Origin: Pristiophorus japonicus
Taxonomy: Eukaryota
DNA: 64,000 nt
Direction: 5' to 3'
Assembly: GCF_044704955.1 (NCBI RefSeq)
Contig: NC_091991.1
Location: 45,694,001 to 45,758,000, forward strand
Shown: in pieces, positions 36,932 through 49,671 of the stretch
Numbering within the stretch: the stretch's first letter is position 1
Layout of the letters: each line of letters opens with the position of its first letter
Position numbers and translations under genes: made by a program
Notes under the pieces: model-generated
The model's input: only the letters and a program-made list of their open reading frames with translations
What the model was told of the DNA's origin: nothing
Databases searched by the model: none

Positions 36932-37794
36932 ATAGTGTTAATTAATAGGCAGCACTAAATTAATGTGCTACCTGTCCTTTCTGAATGATGCGCTATCGAA
37001 TTACACCCCTTTTGTCTGTTACCAGCTTCCTTGTACAGTCAATTCTTCTCAACATTAAATTGATTTTCTAATTTCAAAAAAGTGCTTGTAAAAGTAAATT
37101 CTCTTTTACGAATTTAAGTCATATTGCAGTATAAATTGCGCTCAGGCCATATACCTATATAGCTCAGCAGATATTCGATGCAAAGGCAGGCTTTGACAGT
37201 TGAATTACACCAACTTACAAAATGTGTCTAAAGTCACAACTGCTGCAGTGTAGTTGTAAAGCTGCACTTTTTCTTGCTGAAAGTATTATGTCACAGAATG
37301 AAAGGGAACAGATTTTTAACTTTAATTTGCCAACAAGGCACATTCTCAGTCTTAATAAGCCAGACCGCAGGTTGTGAGAGTGAAGTTGTGTCAGAATACT
37401 TCCCCTACAGGCAGGGAGGGAAAGAATAGAGGGCAAGTATAGCAGCTGGTTCCAAAAGGCTAGGAACAGGTCAGTCACCAGCCCACACAGTTGGGAATGG
37501 TATATGGCACAGTATAACCTTCAAGGAGAAAGAAGAGTATTTTAAAATGGACAATAACGTTTTGTGAGTTTACTTCAGTACTTTCAAAAGACAATAGCTT
37601 TGAATCTCACCGCAGAGACCCTTTATTAAGGACACATGGGATGTTAACAGATGCACAGGGGATAAAAATACAACGGTAATTGGCAAAAATCTGAACTTGC
37701 TTTATATTTTTCATTAAAAAAACTCCAGGGAATTTAGATAGGTGCGTGGTTAAGTTTGTAGTGGTGAGTGCTTCACATTGGGTACAATTGGGAT

Positions 37795-38448
37795 CGAATC
37801 ATGGAAAGTTACAGCACAGAAGAAGGCCATTTGGCCTGTCATGTCTCTGTTGGCTGTTAGAAAGAGCAGTTGTACTTAGTCTGACTTTGCCACTTTTTGT
37901 CGGAAGCCCTGTAAGTTCCTCATCCTGATGTACCTGTCCAACTCCTTTTTGCAATTATTTATGGAATCAGCTTCCTCCACCTTTTTAGCTCGAGTGTTCC
38001 AGATCCTGCCAACTCTCTACGTGAAAAAAATTCTCCTCATCGCCCCTCTAGATCTTTTGCCAGTGATTTTGAATCTATGATCTCTGGTTATTGATCCACT
38101 TGCCAGAGGGAATAGTTTTTTGTTCTATCTACCCTATCAAAACCTCTCATCATCTTGAAAACTTCTATTAGGTCATCTCTTAGCCTTCTCTGTTCCAGGA
38201 GAACCGTCCCAACTTTTACAATCTCTCCTCATAACTGAAATCCCTCATCCCTGGTAACATCCTGATAAACCTCCTCTGCCCCCTTTCAAAGGCCTTTACA
38301 CCTTTCCTGAAATGTGGTGCCCAGAATTCCCTAGCTGAGGCCTAACCAGTGATTTTCAAGCTCTATTGTGACCTCTTTCCTTTAATATTCTATTTCTTTA
38401 TTTATAAAGCCAAGTAACCCATATGCCTTTTTAACTACCTTATCAACG
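37795..38448 (-). mobile_element. CR1 3' fragment
   Basis: VDKVVKKAYGLLGFINKEIEY; 3' hairpin ggccatttggcc. Confidence 0.8.
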
Positions 38449-39135
38449 TTCCTTTGGGATGCTGGGAAGGAAGGGGTAGATGTGTTAGTGGTGGCATCAC
38501 GCTGGAGGTGGCAGAAATGGCAGATAATTTGTTCAGTGTGGAGGCTGGTGGTGGAAGGTGAGGACAAGGGGAACTCGATCATTGTTATGGGAGGAAGGGG
38601 AACGAGTAACAGCAGAAGTGTGGGAAAAGGGAACAGATATGGTCAACAGTGGTGGAGGGGAATCATTGGTTGGGGAAAAAGGAAGACGTATTGGAAGCAG
38701 TGGTGTGAAAGGTGGTATTGTCATAACAGATGCAACGGAGAATGGGATAGAGTCCTTACAGGAGATGTAATCAAGGTAGCTGATAGAGTCAGTAGGCTTC
38801 TAGTAGATATTGGTTGACCGCCTATCCCCAGAAATGGAAATAGAGGAGTTGAGGAAGGGAAGCCAAGACTTGGAGATGGAACATCTGAAGGGGAGGGAGG
38901 GGTTGAAATTGGAAGCAAAGTTAATGACATTTTCCAGTTCAGGGCGAGAGCAGGAAGCTCCGCTGATAGTCATCAATATACTGAAAAAAAAGGGGAGGGA
39001 GGGGACCTTTGTACGAATTCGACCTGACACGTTAACTCTGTTTCTCTCTCCTCAGCTGCTGCTTGGCCTGCTGAGTATTTCCAACATTTTCTGTTTTTAT
39101 TTCAGATTTCCAGCACCTGCAGTATTTTGCTTTTC
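38449..39135 (-). mobile_element. Penelope-like element fragment (RT C-terminal part and linker) with an oppositely oriented pLTR at ~39019-39135
   Basis: GASCSRPELENVINFASNF...LPFLNSSISISGDR, RVPLVLTFH, HFCHLQRDATT. Confidence 0.85.
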
Positions 39136-39254
39136 TTTCAATGCAGTTATGTTACTTTGAACCCACTTGAGAAGAGTTGGTGGAATTGTTTGTTTGATTG
39201 GGACAAGTTTCTCTGCTCATCAGCAATTTCTCCTGACTAAGCATTTTACAAGAA

Positions 39255-41110
39255 ACAACAACTTGCATTTATATAGCGGCCTTAACATAGGTACTTCACA
39301 AAGGAAAAGCTGATGCCAAGCACTAATCGGGTTTGGGGAACAACTGAAAGCATGGTCTAGCAGATAGGTTTTGAGGAGGATGTGAACATAAGAACATAAG
39401 AAATAGGAGCAGGAGAAGGCCATACAGCCCCTCGAGCCTGCTCCGGCATTTAATACGATCATGGCTGATCTGATCATGGACTCAGGTCCACTTCCCCGCC
39501 CGCTCCCCATAACCCCTTATTCCCTTATTGTTTAAGAAACTGTCTATTTCTGTCTTAAATTTATTCAATGTCCCAGCTTCCACAGCTCTCTGAGGCAGCG
39601 AATTCCACAGATCCACAACCCTCAGAGAAGAAATTTCTCCTCATCTCAGTTTTAAATGGGTGGCCCCTTATTCTAAGATCATGCCCTCTAGTTCTAGTCT
39701 CCCCCATCAGTGGAAACATCCTCTCTGCATCCACCTTGTCAAGCCCCCTCATAATCTTATACGTTTCGATAACATCACCTCTCATTCTTCTGAATTCCAA
39801 TAAGTAGAGGCCCAACCTACTCAAATTTTCCTCATAAGTCAACCCTCTCATCTCTGGAATCAACCTAGTGAACCTTCTCTGAACTGCCTCCAAAGCAAGT
39901 ATATCCTTTTGTAAATATGGAAACCAAAACTGCACGCAGTATTCCAGGTGTGGCCTCACCAATACTCTGTACAACTGTCGCAAGACTTCCCTGCTTTTAT
40001 ACTCCATCCCATTTGCAATAAAGGCCAAGATTCCATTGGCCTTCCTGATCACTTGCTGTAACCTTTTGTGTTTCGTGCACAAGTACCCCCAGGTCCCGCT
40101 GTACTGCAGCACTTTGCAATCTTTCTCCATTTAAATAATAATTTGCTCTTCGATTTTTTTCTGCTAAAGCGCATGATCTCACACTTTCCAACATTATACT
40201 CCATCTGCCAAATTTTTGCCCACTCACTTAGCCTGTCTATGTCCTTTTGCAGATTTTGTGTGTCCTCCTCACACATTGCTTTTCCTTCCATCTTTGTATC
40301 GTCGGCAAACTTGGCTATGTTACACTCAGTCCCTTCCTCCAAATCGTTAATATAGATTATAAATAGTTGGGGTCCCAGCATTGATCCCTGCGGCACCCCA
40401 CTAGTTACTGATTGCCAACCAGAGAATGAACCATTTATCCCTACTCTTTGTTTTCTGTTCGTTAGCCAATACTCTGTCCATGCTAATATATTACCCCCAA
40501 CCCCATGGACTTTTATCTTGTGCAGTAACTTTTTATGTGGCACCTTGTCAAATGCCTTCTGGAATTCCAAATACACCACATCCACTGGTTCCCCTTTATC
40601 CACCCTGTTCGTTACATCCTCAAAGAATTCTAGCAAATTTGTCAAACATGACTTCCCTTTCATAAATCCATGCTGACTCTGCTTGACCGAATTTTGCTTT
40701 TCCAAATGTCCTACTACTGCTTCTTTAATAATGGACTCCAACATCTTCCCAACCACAGATGTTAGGCTAACTGGTCTATAGTTTCCTGCTTTTTGTCTGC
40801 CTCCTTTTTTAAATAGGGGCGTTACATTTGCAGTTTTCCAATCTGCTGCGACCTCTCCAGAATCCAGGGAATTACCACCAATGCATCCACTATCCCTGCC
40901 ACTACTTCTCTTAAGACCCCAGGATGCAAGCCATCAGGTTAATTGGAGGTGGCAAGATAGAGAGTTAGGGAAGAGAGATCCAGAGATTAGGATCAAAATG
41001 ACTCAAGGCTATGCTACTGATGGTGGAGCAGTGGAAGAGAGATGCCTAGGAAGCCAGGGTCCGCAGACCAAGGCTTCAGCTGTGACGGGCTGGAGGAGGT
41101 TAGAAGTACA
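39255..41110 (-). mobile_element. Old L2 3' fragment split by a young CR1
   Basis: aacaacaacttgcatttatatagcg tail; L2-like sequence resumes after ~40938. Confidence 0.55.
39385..40937 (-). mobile_element. Young CR1 LINE, 5'-truncated
   Basis: QHGFMKGKSCLTNLLEFF, SGVPQGSMLGP, FADDTK, LVRPHLEYCVQFW; (TCTTATGT)n tail. Confidence 0.97.
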
Positions 41111-41498
41111 GTGGGGTGAGACTTTCTGAGAGATTTCCATTAACATATCCACATCATTTCATTGACTTCAATCTTTTATGGGCTTAATATCAGCTGCTCA
41201 CAGGTTGATGGCAATGAGTGTCCAAAGATAATCCAGTTATGCTAATTACATCCTAATAAAACATGCTTTGACTGCAGTGTGATTAAAGTAGTGATGATAC
41301 TTATCTGACCACTGGCTGAACAATTAAGAAAGGGCATGTGTCAGCCACTTCATTAGTTGCAGTTATACTAAGGGTGCATATTTGAATAATGCATTTGCAT
41401 TGGCCTTTTTCCAAATATTAAAGTCATTAGTTATAACTATTCTAATTGAAGATAAACATTAATACAAAATAAACAATGATTTATTTTTAAAATACTCA

Positions 41499-43830
41499 GG
41501 GCTGGATATTCGACTGCCTTGTACCTCTGGTAGCACCCCAGAGGGGCGGTAAAAGGTGTTTTAAGGCGTAACGGTGGGTGGCCAGCTTTTACCACCCGGT
41601 CGGCAAATTTGACTCCGGGTTTGTGGCGGCGCAGAAACTTAGCGTCCGCCCTCTAGTTTCAATGAGATCATGACGTCAATTATCGTGCAACGCTCCGCTA
41701 GTGCCCCGGCTGCAAAATTAGGCTGTAACGCCGCATTATACTCCCGCCCCAAGAGACGCCTGAAAAACCAGGCGGTCCCACGTTCCAGTAAGCGGTATTT
41801 GAGGGAAGAGGTTCCTACATCGCAGGTCACATTGACTGCAACGTTTTACACACAGCACGCTGCTTGAAGCTCTGACTTGAATGTGGTACTTTTATCTGCC
41901 ATTAAGTGTCCTTACAACTTCAATGAAAGAATTTAATGGGGGCATTACTAATTCACCAGCATATCATCCTCCATGCTATTGCTAGGCGGCGTCAGGATAG
42001 AAGGGCTCACGGCTGAGGAGAGGCCGAAGACATCTGGGGAGGAGGGCTTACTCCCCCACAGGTTTACAGACACCAGCGCTCCTACCTCCAGCTCTCTGAG
42101 GAGCAGTGTGTGAGAAGGCTGAGCTTCCAAAAGGAAATGTTGACAGAAATATGCCATCTTCTACAGGCAGACGCTGCTTGGACTGTTCTGGAGGCAGCCT
42201 TCAATACTCCCCTCAACGGGTATCCGAATTTTTATGGTGTGCTGCATGCTGCACAGCTTGGCCATCATGAGAGGCCAGGCATTGCCAGTGGGGATTGCAG
42301 GCTCAGCTCAGGAGGGGGAGGACGAAGAGGAGCCTGGCGAGGCTCCCATTGGACAGCCACACCATCCACGGTGGAGGCAGCATGGAGATACTGCCGGACC
42401 AAGAGCCGCATGTCACCAGCTTATAATGGACTGCTTCTCCTGAATGGAGGAAGCTGAGGGATGGAGCTAATACTGGCTACGCTATGTGCCCCCATAAAGG
42501 CATATCTCCGGTGAATGTTGGAATGATGCACACGACACCAATGGCAAAAGATCAAAGTGACATTTTACTGCAACAAAGTAACAAACGTTCCCCCCACCGA
42601 AAGAAAACCATACATTATACAACGTTCTGTTGCAAGGCACAGACCAACAATCAACGTAACTATTTACAGATGAAATAAAAAGTCAGAGAATCTCCACAAC
42701 CTAGTCCTGCACACTATTTGGACTTGCCTTGAGCTTTGCCACCCCTACCCTTTACCTACTTCCCAGGCCTACTGCTCCTCCTCAACGACGCCTCATTGCC
42801 TACAACAAGGCTGCTTGAGGGCTGCTGTGTTGGTGGGCCAGAAAATGCACATGGCCTAGGACGACGCCCTAGACCAGGTCTGGGCCTGGAAAGCCTGGCT
42901 GCTGCAGACTGCTGCACCTCACCATCGGCGGTAGCAGTCTCTGCTGGATCGGGAGTGGACCGCGTTAGGTGCATGATCGGAGAGTCAGTGGTGGGAGCCA
43001 GAATGCTGTCATCTTGAGGAAGGATAGCACCTTCCATTTCCTGGGGACCACTGTCACTCACACGGGACTGGGCCTCAGCATCCGGAGCACGATGTTTGAC
43101 CACAACTTGCTGGCCTGCTTCAGCACCGTCACTTGCCTGTTGGACAGTGGGGAACACAGAGAGGATGGCAACAGTCAGAGACTGCATGACATCACCAAGC
43201 TGGATCGTAGCTGCTGCAACATTACCCATGGCATGTGCCACGCACTCTGGAACTCCACTGTCGCTGCTGGAACCCATCTGCCTCTGTGAGAGGGCAAGGA
43301 TGGGCTTGATGGAGTCTTCAGATACACGGACAATGCATGAGACGGCCGCTGCCACACCCACGGCAAGTACGTTTATGCTCTGTGGGACCCTATCCAATGC
43401 ACCCATGAGCTCACGATGCATTTCCGTGTTCTCCCTGGATATAGCCACTAATTCCAGGTCCACGTCTGCCTATCTCTGAGCAGGAGTACTGTGTTGACTC
43501 ACCCTACGGGGAGCTGGCCTCTGAGCTTCCCCTTCCACTGGGCGTGCTGTAGGCTACTGTGACCAGGAGCCTCAGTGTCCTCAAACCCCTCAAAGTCACC
43601 GTCCTCCCCCAATGTTGTGTCCCCACACGGTGGAACTGATAGGGTCTGACGTAGACTGTCCTCCCCTCCCTCATCATCTCCCCCATGGCCCGATGGCTCA
43701 TGGGAAGGCTGATGCACTTCTAGCTAGTCATCTGTAAGCACAAAACAACAGATGTGTAGTTAGCAGCAGGGGAGGGGGCAGGCAGATAAGATGAAGGTGG
43801 CATGTAAATGTAAAGGGACTACGCCACTTG
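41499..43830. mobile_element. PIF/Harbinger transposon relic: transposase (+, ~41937-42440) lacking its catalytic core, and convergent second ORF relic (-, ~42756-43735); right end lost
   Basis: VYRHQRSYLQLSEEQCVRRLSFQKEMLTEICHLLQAD abuts RCLDCSGGSLQYSPQRVSEF...CCMLHSLAIMRG; left TIR gggctggatatt. Confidence 0.85.
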
Positions 43831-44299
43831 ATATTAGGGGTCAAGAAAGTCATATCAATCGCAAATGCCATTCACATACTGTCACTCCAGATGCTGAGGC
43901 ATGAGAAGTTTGGCACCGAATTGACATCTGGAATTAATGGACATGTTGTCCTCAGCCACATGTGTATCGTACATCCTTCTTATGATGTCCTTGGGCATCA
44001 TGATGACATTGCTCTGATCAATCTCACACTGATCCCACACTGTCCTTGGGTGAAAGTGATTTGTAATCACGCTACTGGCTTGCTGTCTCGTAGTCATTCA
44101 GGGACATGTAAGCTGAGTTGTTCTCATCCCTCACAGAAGGCACCAATCTTGCAAGTATTTTCTGAAGAAGCCGTCAGAATTGAAAACTGCAACTCAGTAT
44201 AAGGTTTTGTCTTTCAGTCTTTAAGCTCGCATGCTTTGCTTGGTTCCGCTAGGTGAATATTCCTGTTTCCAAATGGGGAACCAAGGAATGACGCCAAAC

Positions 44300-45090
44300 C
44301 AAAAGCAAAAGACTGCAGATGCTGGAAATCTGAAGCAAAAGCAGAAAAGTATAGAAATGCTCAGCAGCTCAGTCAGCATCTGTGGAGTGAATAGGAGGCC
44401 GAAATTGCCCTTCGCCCCAAATGGAACGCACTTACCATTTTTTTAAAACGCAAATGCATGGGGTGGAGAATCCGGCGAAATTCAGCTCTTTATTTTTTTT
44501 TACAGATGTGGTGTCATCAGCAGGGCGGAAATGCGGGTGGGTCAGTTAAAGGGGAAGGCCGCTGCAAACTTTGCAGCCACTTTAGTGGCAAACACTGGGC
44601 CACCAGGGAAGGTTTCGGCCTTGCCAGCGATCCGGTACCCAAGAGGGGGTGCTGGGCTACCTGTTGGCGGCCCAGCCGAACCCATGGCCACCATTGTCGG
44701 GCCAAACTGGCAGTGCGCCTTCCACTTTAAGGGCGGACGCGCCGCCCAGCCACAGGCAGCTTCCCGCCGGGGAAAACTGTCGAGGGCACCGAGCGATGGC
44801 CGATCCGCTCCTGCCGGGCAATTTCCCGTGGGGTGGAAAGAGGATCACCGCCGGTCGGTAAGGGGTCGGCACGCATCCTACGGGGCGGGAAGATGACCGG
44901 GGTGGTCCCGTACACTGTTCCAAAAATAAAGGAGGGCAATTTTCAAAATGGTGGCCGCTCCACGCCAACCGAGCAGTGAATCCTTACCGACCCATTGCCA
45001 TCTCTTTAAGGCGGTTACGGCTCTGATAGAAAGGGGCAATTTCAGCCCTATATATTTTAATGTTTCAGGTGTAGATCCTTCACTAGAACC
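44300..45090 (-). mobile_element. Penelope pLTR fragment interrupted by a MITE
   Basis: aaagcaaaagactgcagatgctggaaatctgaa...gcatctgtggag, resuming as ttaatgtttcaggt after 45050. Confidence 0.7.
44395..45049. mobile_element. GC-rich GG..CC MITE, family C
   Basis: TIR gaggccgaaattgccc / gggcaatttcagccct. Confidence 0.8.
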
Positions 45091-46209
45091 AGTTTTGATG
45101 GATGGGCCAGAAATTGCTGCAATGGCAGGTCTGGCGATGAAGGAGGTTAATTGGGATTTTATGCTCACCATTGACATTACACTATATTTGCGCCACAATT
45201 TGCTGGAACATTGATCAAATAGCACAGTGATGTCAAAGTTGCATCTGGGACCTCGTGACTGTCATGCCCAATGGTCTATCTCCTTGAGCAATGAAAGAAA
45301 AGGATAGAGAAAGAAACGGAGTGCAAGACGGAGAAGGAAATGGGGTGAATTTAAATCAGATGAAATATTGGGACAGAAAGAGGAATGGAGGGGGAAATCA
45401 AGAGAGTGCATAAAGAGAGAGAGAAAAAAAGACAATAGAAAAGTCAGAAAAAAATTAAAAAGAACAAGCAGACTACGTACATAGATAAAGGTAGTGTCTG
45501 AACATAATATTGGTACATTTACTTTTGTGGCAGCTGGTTAGCTTAATGTACATGTGTACACAGCCAACAGTGGAACTAATCTGAGGTAAAACATTTTAGA
45601 CAGAATTTACAGTCTGATGGATGTAGTGATGTGGGTGGCACTAAAAGAAAATCAACCTACTTATATGATGTATGTTGTTAAGTATTGCTTTGAGCAATAG
45701 AAATGTGTGAAGACTCTAAAATCTGCCTGAACTGCACACGTTGCTTAATTGGCTTGAAACTCGCAACATGCCTCAATGTGTTTTTGCTATTTAATAGATC
45801 TCTCAGCAGTGATAGTTACACCCAATAACACATGTTTCCTAGTTAAGAAAATAACATTTAAATCCTGCTGGTGCTGAGACAAGGTGCGATGTTACAATCG
45901 GCATCAATTTCATATGGTGCAGAACATACAACAGTGAGATGTGGATAACATTCTATTGAAGTGTTGCTAAACAAATTTGGCACAACAGTGATCAACATAA
46001 GAAATTCTGGCAGTACTGCAGAAATAACCAAAATTATATCCTGCTGCCTCACCTCAAACCTTGGCGGAGATGTGTGGTTTCAGTGCGTAGATATTGGGGA
46101 GGTGGCAAAGAGAAGGAAACGTACATCGGTAATAACGTTCCATTCCAATTTTGCCATTGCTTGACCATTGGTGCCGTAAATAGCACTATGACCGAGAAAA
46201 AGGGGAAAG

Positions 46210-46965
46210 GAAATCTGTGTAGGCTGGAAATCTGAAACAAAAACAGAAAATGCTGGAATTCCACTGCACGTTAGCATCTGTAAAAGAGGAAAGAACAGGT
46301 TAATCCTTCTGGTAGAATTCTTCATTCTCATGAAGGATTATACCCAAACCATGGGCCCAAATTTGCCCAGGAGTTGCTCCGTTTTTTTTTTGGAGCAACT
46401 TGATTTTTCTGGAGTATCTTAAAAATCCCCATTCTGCACATTTAATTTGCGCCAGTGTAAGTGAGTTCGTGAGGATATTTTTTAGTTTAGTTTAGTTTTG
46501 TTCAAAAGGGGGCGTTACCAGCCATCTACGCCTGTTTTGGCCATTTAGGCCAGTTTGTACAGCTGATAGTTGCACCAAACTAACTTAGGCCAGCGTATGT
46601 GGCCATGGTGCAAAAGGCCATTCAGCCGGGGATAGGTGCGGTGGGTGAGACTCCCGGCGCATGCACGAACGCTCCAATGCGCATGCGCTCCCCTGCCAGC
46701 ACTCTTTCAGCCGCACAGCCCTAGCTCCACCCCCCCCCCCCCCACTGTGATTGCCACACCACGCCAAGCACTAGGACAATCCACAGAGCGGGGAGAATTC
46801 GGCGATATATTTTCGGCGCCATTTTGAGAGCAGAAAGTCGCCGCATCTCAGGTAAGTGCGCCGAAAAAACCGGAGGGCCAAATTTGAGCCCATAGAATCT
46901 ATCTTTTCTCTTTACAAGTGCTGACTGACTTGCTGTGTGTTTTCAGCATCTTTATTTTTGTTTAG
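46210..46965. mobile_element. Inverted pair of degraded Penelope pLTRs, split by a MITE
   Basis: gctggaaatctgaaacaaaaacagaaaatgctgg (minus copy) and catgaaggattatacccaaac|tctttacaagtgctgactgacttgctg (plus copy). Confidence 0.6.
46353..46891. mobile_element. MITE family B, short internally deleted copy
   Basis: TIR gggcccaaatttg / caaatttgagccc; ends nearly identical to 47470-48601. Confidence 0.85.
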
Positions 46966-47469
46966 TACGATGATCATGTTGACACTGACACAGCAGTGGT
47001 GTCCAAGCACCATTTCCCCAACATAACAAGATCTACGATCCCCATCTCAGTTTGTCCAGAGAAGGCAGATGATCCTTCTATTTGCGATATGTGCACTCAT
47101 TCCTTCCCAGGTCTGTGCACTGCAGTAGATGCAGCAGTGCTGTGAGCAAAATGGTTTATATAAGCAAAGCACATTACAATATACCATATAGTGCTATTGA
47201 ATGGAATGCTTGTTTTGTTCTGGATCACAATAAATCTAGTGCTAGCTGCTGCTGAAAGTGGAATTGGAATTCGTCCAGGATAAAATTATTGAAATGTATA
47301 ATTTTTACTTTCTCTGTGCATCAGAGCAAAGTATATTGGAAAAGGCAAAGATCTGGCTGCTTGCACCATTGTTTTAAAATTAATCATAATCATTTTGCTA
47401 TTGGGAAAAATAGGTTAATGATTTATACTTTTGCTGCCAATTTGCATATAAACATTAGGTTGAAACATA

Positions 47470-48601
47470 GGGCCCAAATTTGCCCAGGAGTTGCTCCGTT
47501 TTTTTTGGAGCAACTTGATTTTTCTGGAGTATCATAAAAATCTCCATTCTGCACATTTAATTTACGCCAGTGTAAGTGAGTTAGTTAGGATTTTTTTTCA
47601 AAAGGGGCGTTACCAGCCACCTACAGCTGTTTTGGCCATTTAAGCCAGTTTGGACAGCTAATAGTTGCTCCAAACTAACTTAGGCCAGCGTATGTGGCCA
47701 CTTGTGGTCGCACAGAAAACCCTTGTGGAGAGTTAAGAAATCAGTGCAGGTAGGTACTAATGACTTGACTAAAGAATGTGAACAGGATCAAACAGCTATA
47801 CAGGACTGACAAACTTTGCAAAGTTAATTTACTTTACAACAGAAGCATTCATGGAAGCTTAAACTACAAAAATAAAAGAAGTAGAGACAAAACATATTTA
47901 CATAATTTTTTCAAAATATCCAAATAAAAAATAGAAGTACCTCCTGTTCGTAGGAAAGTATTTTCATCAACAGGGTTAAGGAAAGTCTTGAGTAAGCTCA
48001 TTACAATTACTGGCTACACAGTTATCACACTGCCCCCCCCTTCCCCCCCAATCAAAACTCTCCTCTCTTCCCCCCGCCCCCTGTCAAAACTCTCTTCTCC
48101 TCCCCCCCCCCCCCCACCATCAAAGCTCTCCTCTCTCCTCCCCCCCGGATCAAAACACTCCTTCCCGCCCCCCCCCACCCCGATCAAAACTCTTCCCCCC
48201 CCCCCGATCAAAAGTCTCCCCACACCAACCTGTTTCTTGTAGCCCTCAGCGCGGGAAGGCAGCGGCCGGCCTGTGCGGCAGGCCACTCGGCCCAGGATAG
48301 GGGCGGGTCGCGTTGGGTCCCACGCTGCAGGTACGCATCATCACAATCATGGGAAGAGCTACTGCGCATGCGAGAATGTTCTACTGCTCATGCGGACAGC
48401 TGCCGCCACTCTTCTAGGTGCAGGGCCCTAGCTCCGCCCCCCCCCCCCCCCCCAGTGGACTCACCACACCACGCCTAGCCCAGGGAGAGTCAGCAGAGGG
48501 GCCGCAATCCGGGGACATCTTTTTGGCGCCGTTTGGATCGTAGGAAGTCAGTGCATCTCACGTGAGTGCGCCGGAAAACCGGGTGGGCCAAATTTGAACC
48601 C
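47470..48601. mobile_element. MITE family B with a C-rich tandem array (~48030-48230)
   Basis: TIR gggcccaaattt / aaatttgaaccc. Confidence 0.85.
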
Positions 48602-49043
48602 TTAGACTATCAAGTATAACTCAACAAAACAAATTGGGAGAGTAGAGTATTTTGATTTAACAGTTAATTCTATCGTATTTAATTCATTTTTGCAAATTAT
48701 TCATAAAAAATAAACCTTATCCTACACAGCTGAAGTACAAAAAAAGCCTGTCTCCTCTTTATAAAACTTGGGAGTATATAACTATTCTGTCGTTGAGGTG
48801 GTTTATTAATGAATTGGTCTAATTTAACCTAATTTATATGTATAAGTTGTTAATTACTAGATTAATATTATGTTATATTTGAACAGAGAATATAGAGTAG
48901 CTTTGGGAAATATATATACTATAATACATAAAAAGCCTATTTTCTACCTGTATGAAATGAGATTATATTAAATATACTCTTTGGACAGCTGCCTTCGAAC
49001 AGACAAAATCCTTGTTAAATATCTGGCAGACCGACAGCATATC

Positions 49044-49671
49044 GACCCTGAATTTGCAGTTGGAGGCTTCCCGCGGGAAAATGCCTCCAATCCGCAAATA
49101 AAATGCCTGTGTACCTGGTGGCCCGGGAGGTCCTGGGCCGATCTCGGGTGCATGCGGTTTGCAAGCGCCCTTGGGATCACGTGGGCCAAGCCAATGAATG
49201 AAAGAAGGGAATCCGCATTCATGCTTATGGGGATTCCATATGTACGGAAACCCCATAAACATGAATGGGAACAGCCCAAAAAATACACCTACACTTCAAA
49301 TAAGTTACATCATTAAAATTAATGACAGTGGTATGAATTAATTATTTAAAATTAAATATTTTAAACAAAAATGTAATTACTGAAAAATAAATTTACATGT
49401 TTTAACAGGTCAAAAATAAACCAGCCTTATTGCACAGGGTTTTTAATGTATAAATGATTTATAACATTTTATTTTTATGTTTTTTAAATCTCTTAATCTT
49501 ATGCCTGCCTTTACCAGACGTAAGAAAAATAGCCCAAATAGCCCAACTCTCCGCCCATCAATGCCCTTTTCCTGGGGATGCATTGGATCTGTCAAGAAAA
49601 TTCTTGACAGATCTAAGTTCCGGGTTTTTGCGCATCTCATACGTGCCCGTACAGGCCAAAAATTACAGCCC
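49044..49671. mobile_element. MITE family A, copy 3 (more diverged)
   Basis: gaccctgaatttgcagttggaggcttcc ... aattacagccc; same internal layout as 4912 and 12375. Confidence 0.7.

Larger units (their letters stand above)
28201..37009. mobile_element. Internally deleted PIF/Harbinger transposon (transposase stub on +, Myb/SANT-like ORF relic on -) hosting RTE-tailed, Gypsy and MITE insertions; ends uncertain
   Basis: Minus strand AKSITAGRVIPRTWLQCPRKFHDLRRVVK (Myb/SANT-like, ~30290-30390) and HLTPLEETVL; plus strand GALVAVPLGLQH stub at ~29285; weak TIRs ggacatgaaatt / aattacacccc. Confidence 0.6.
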
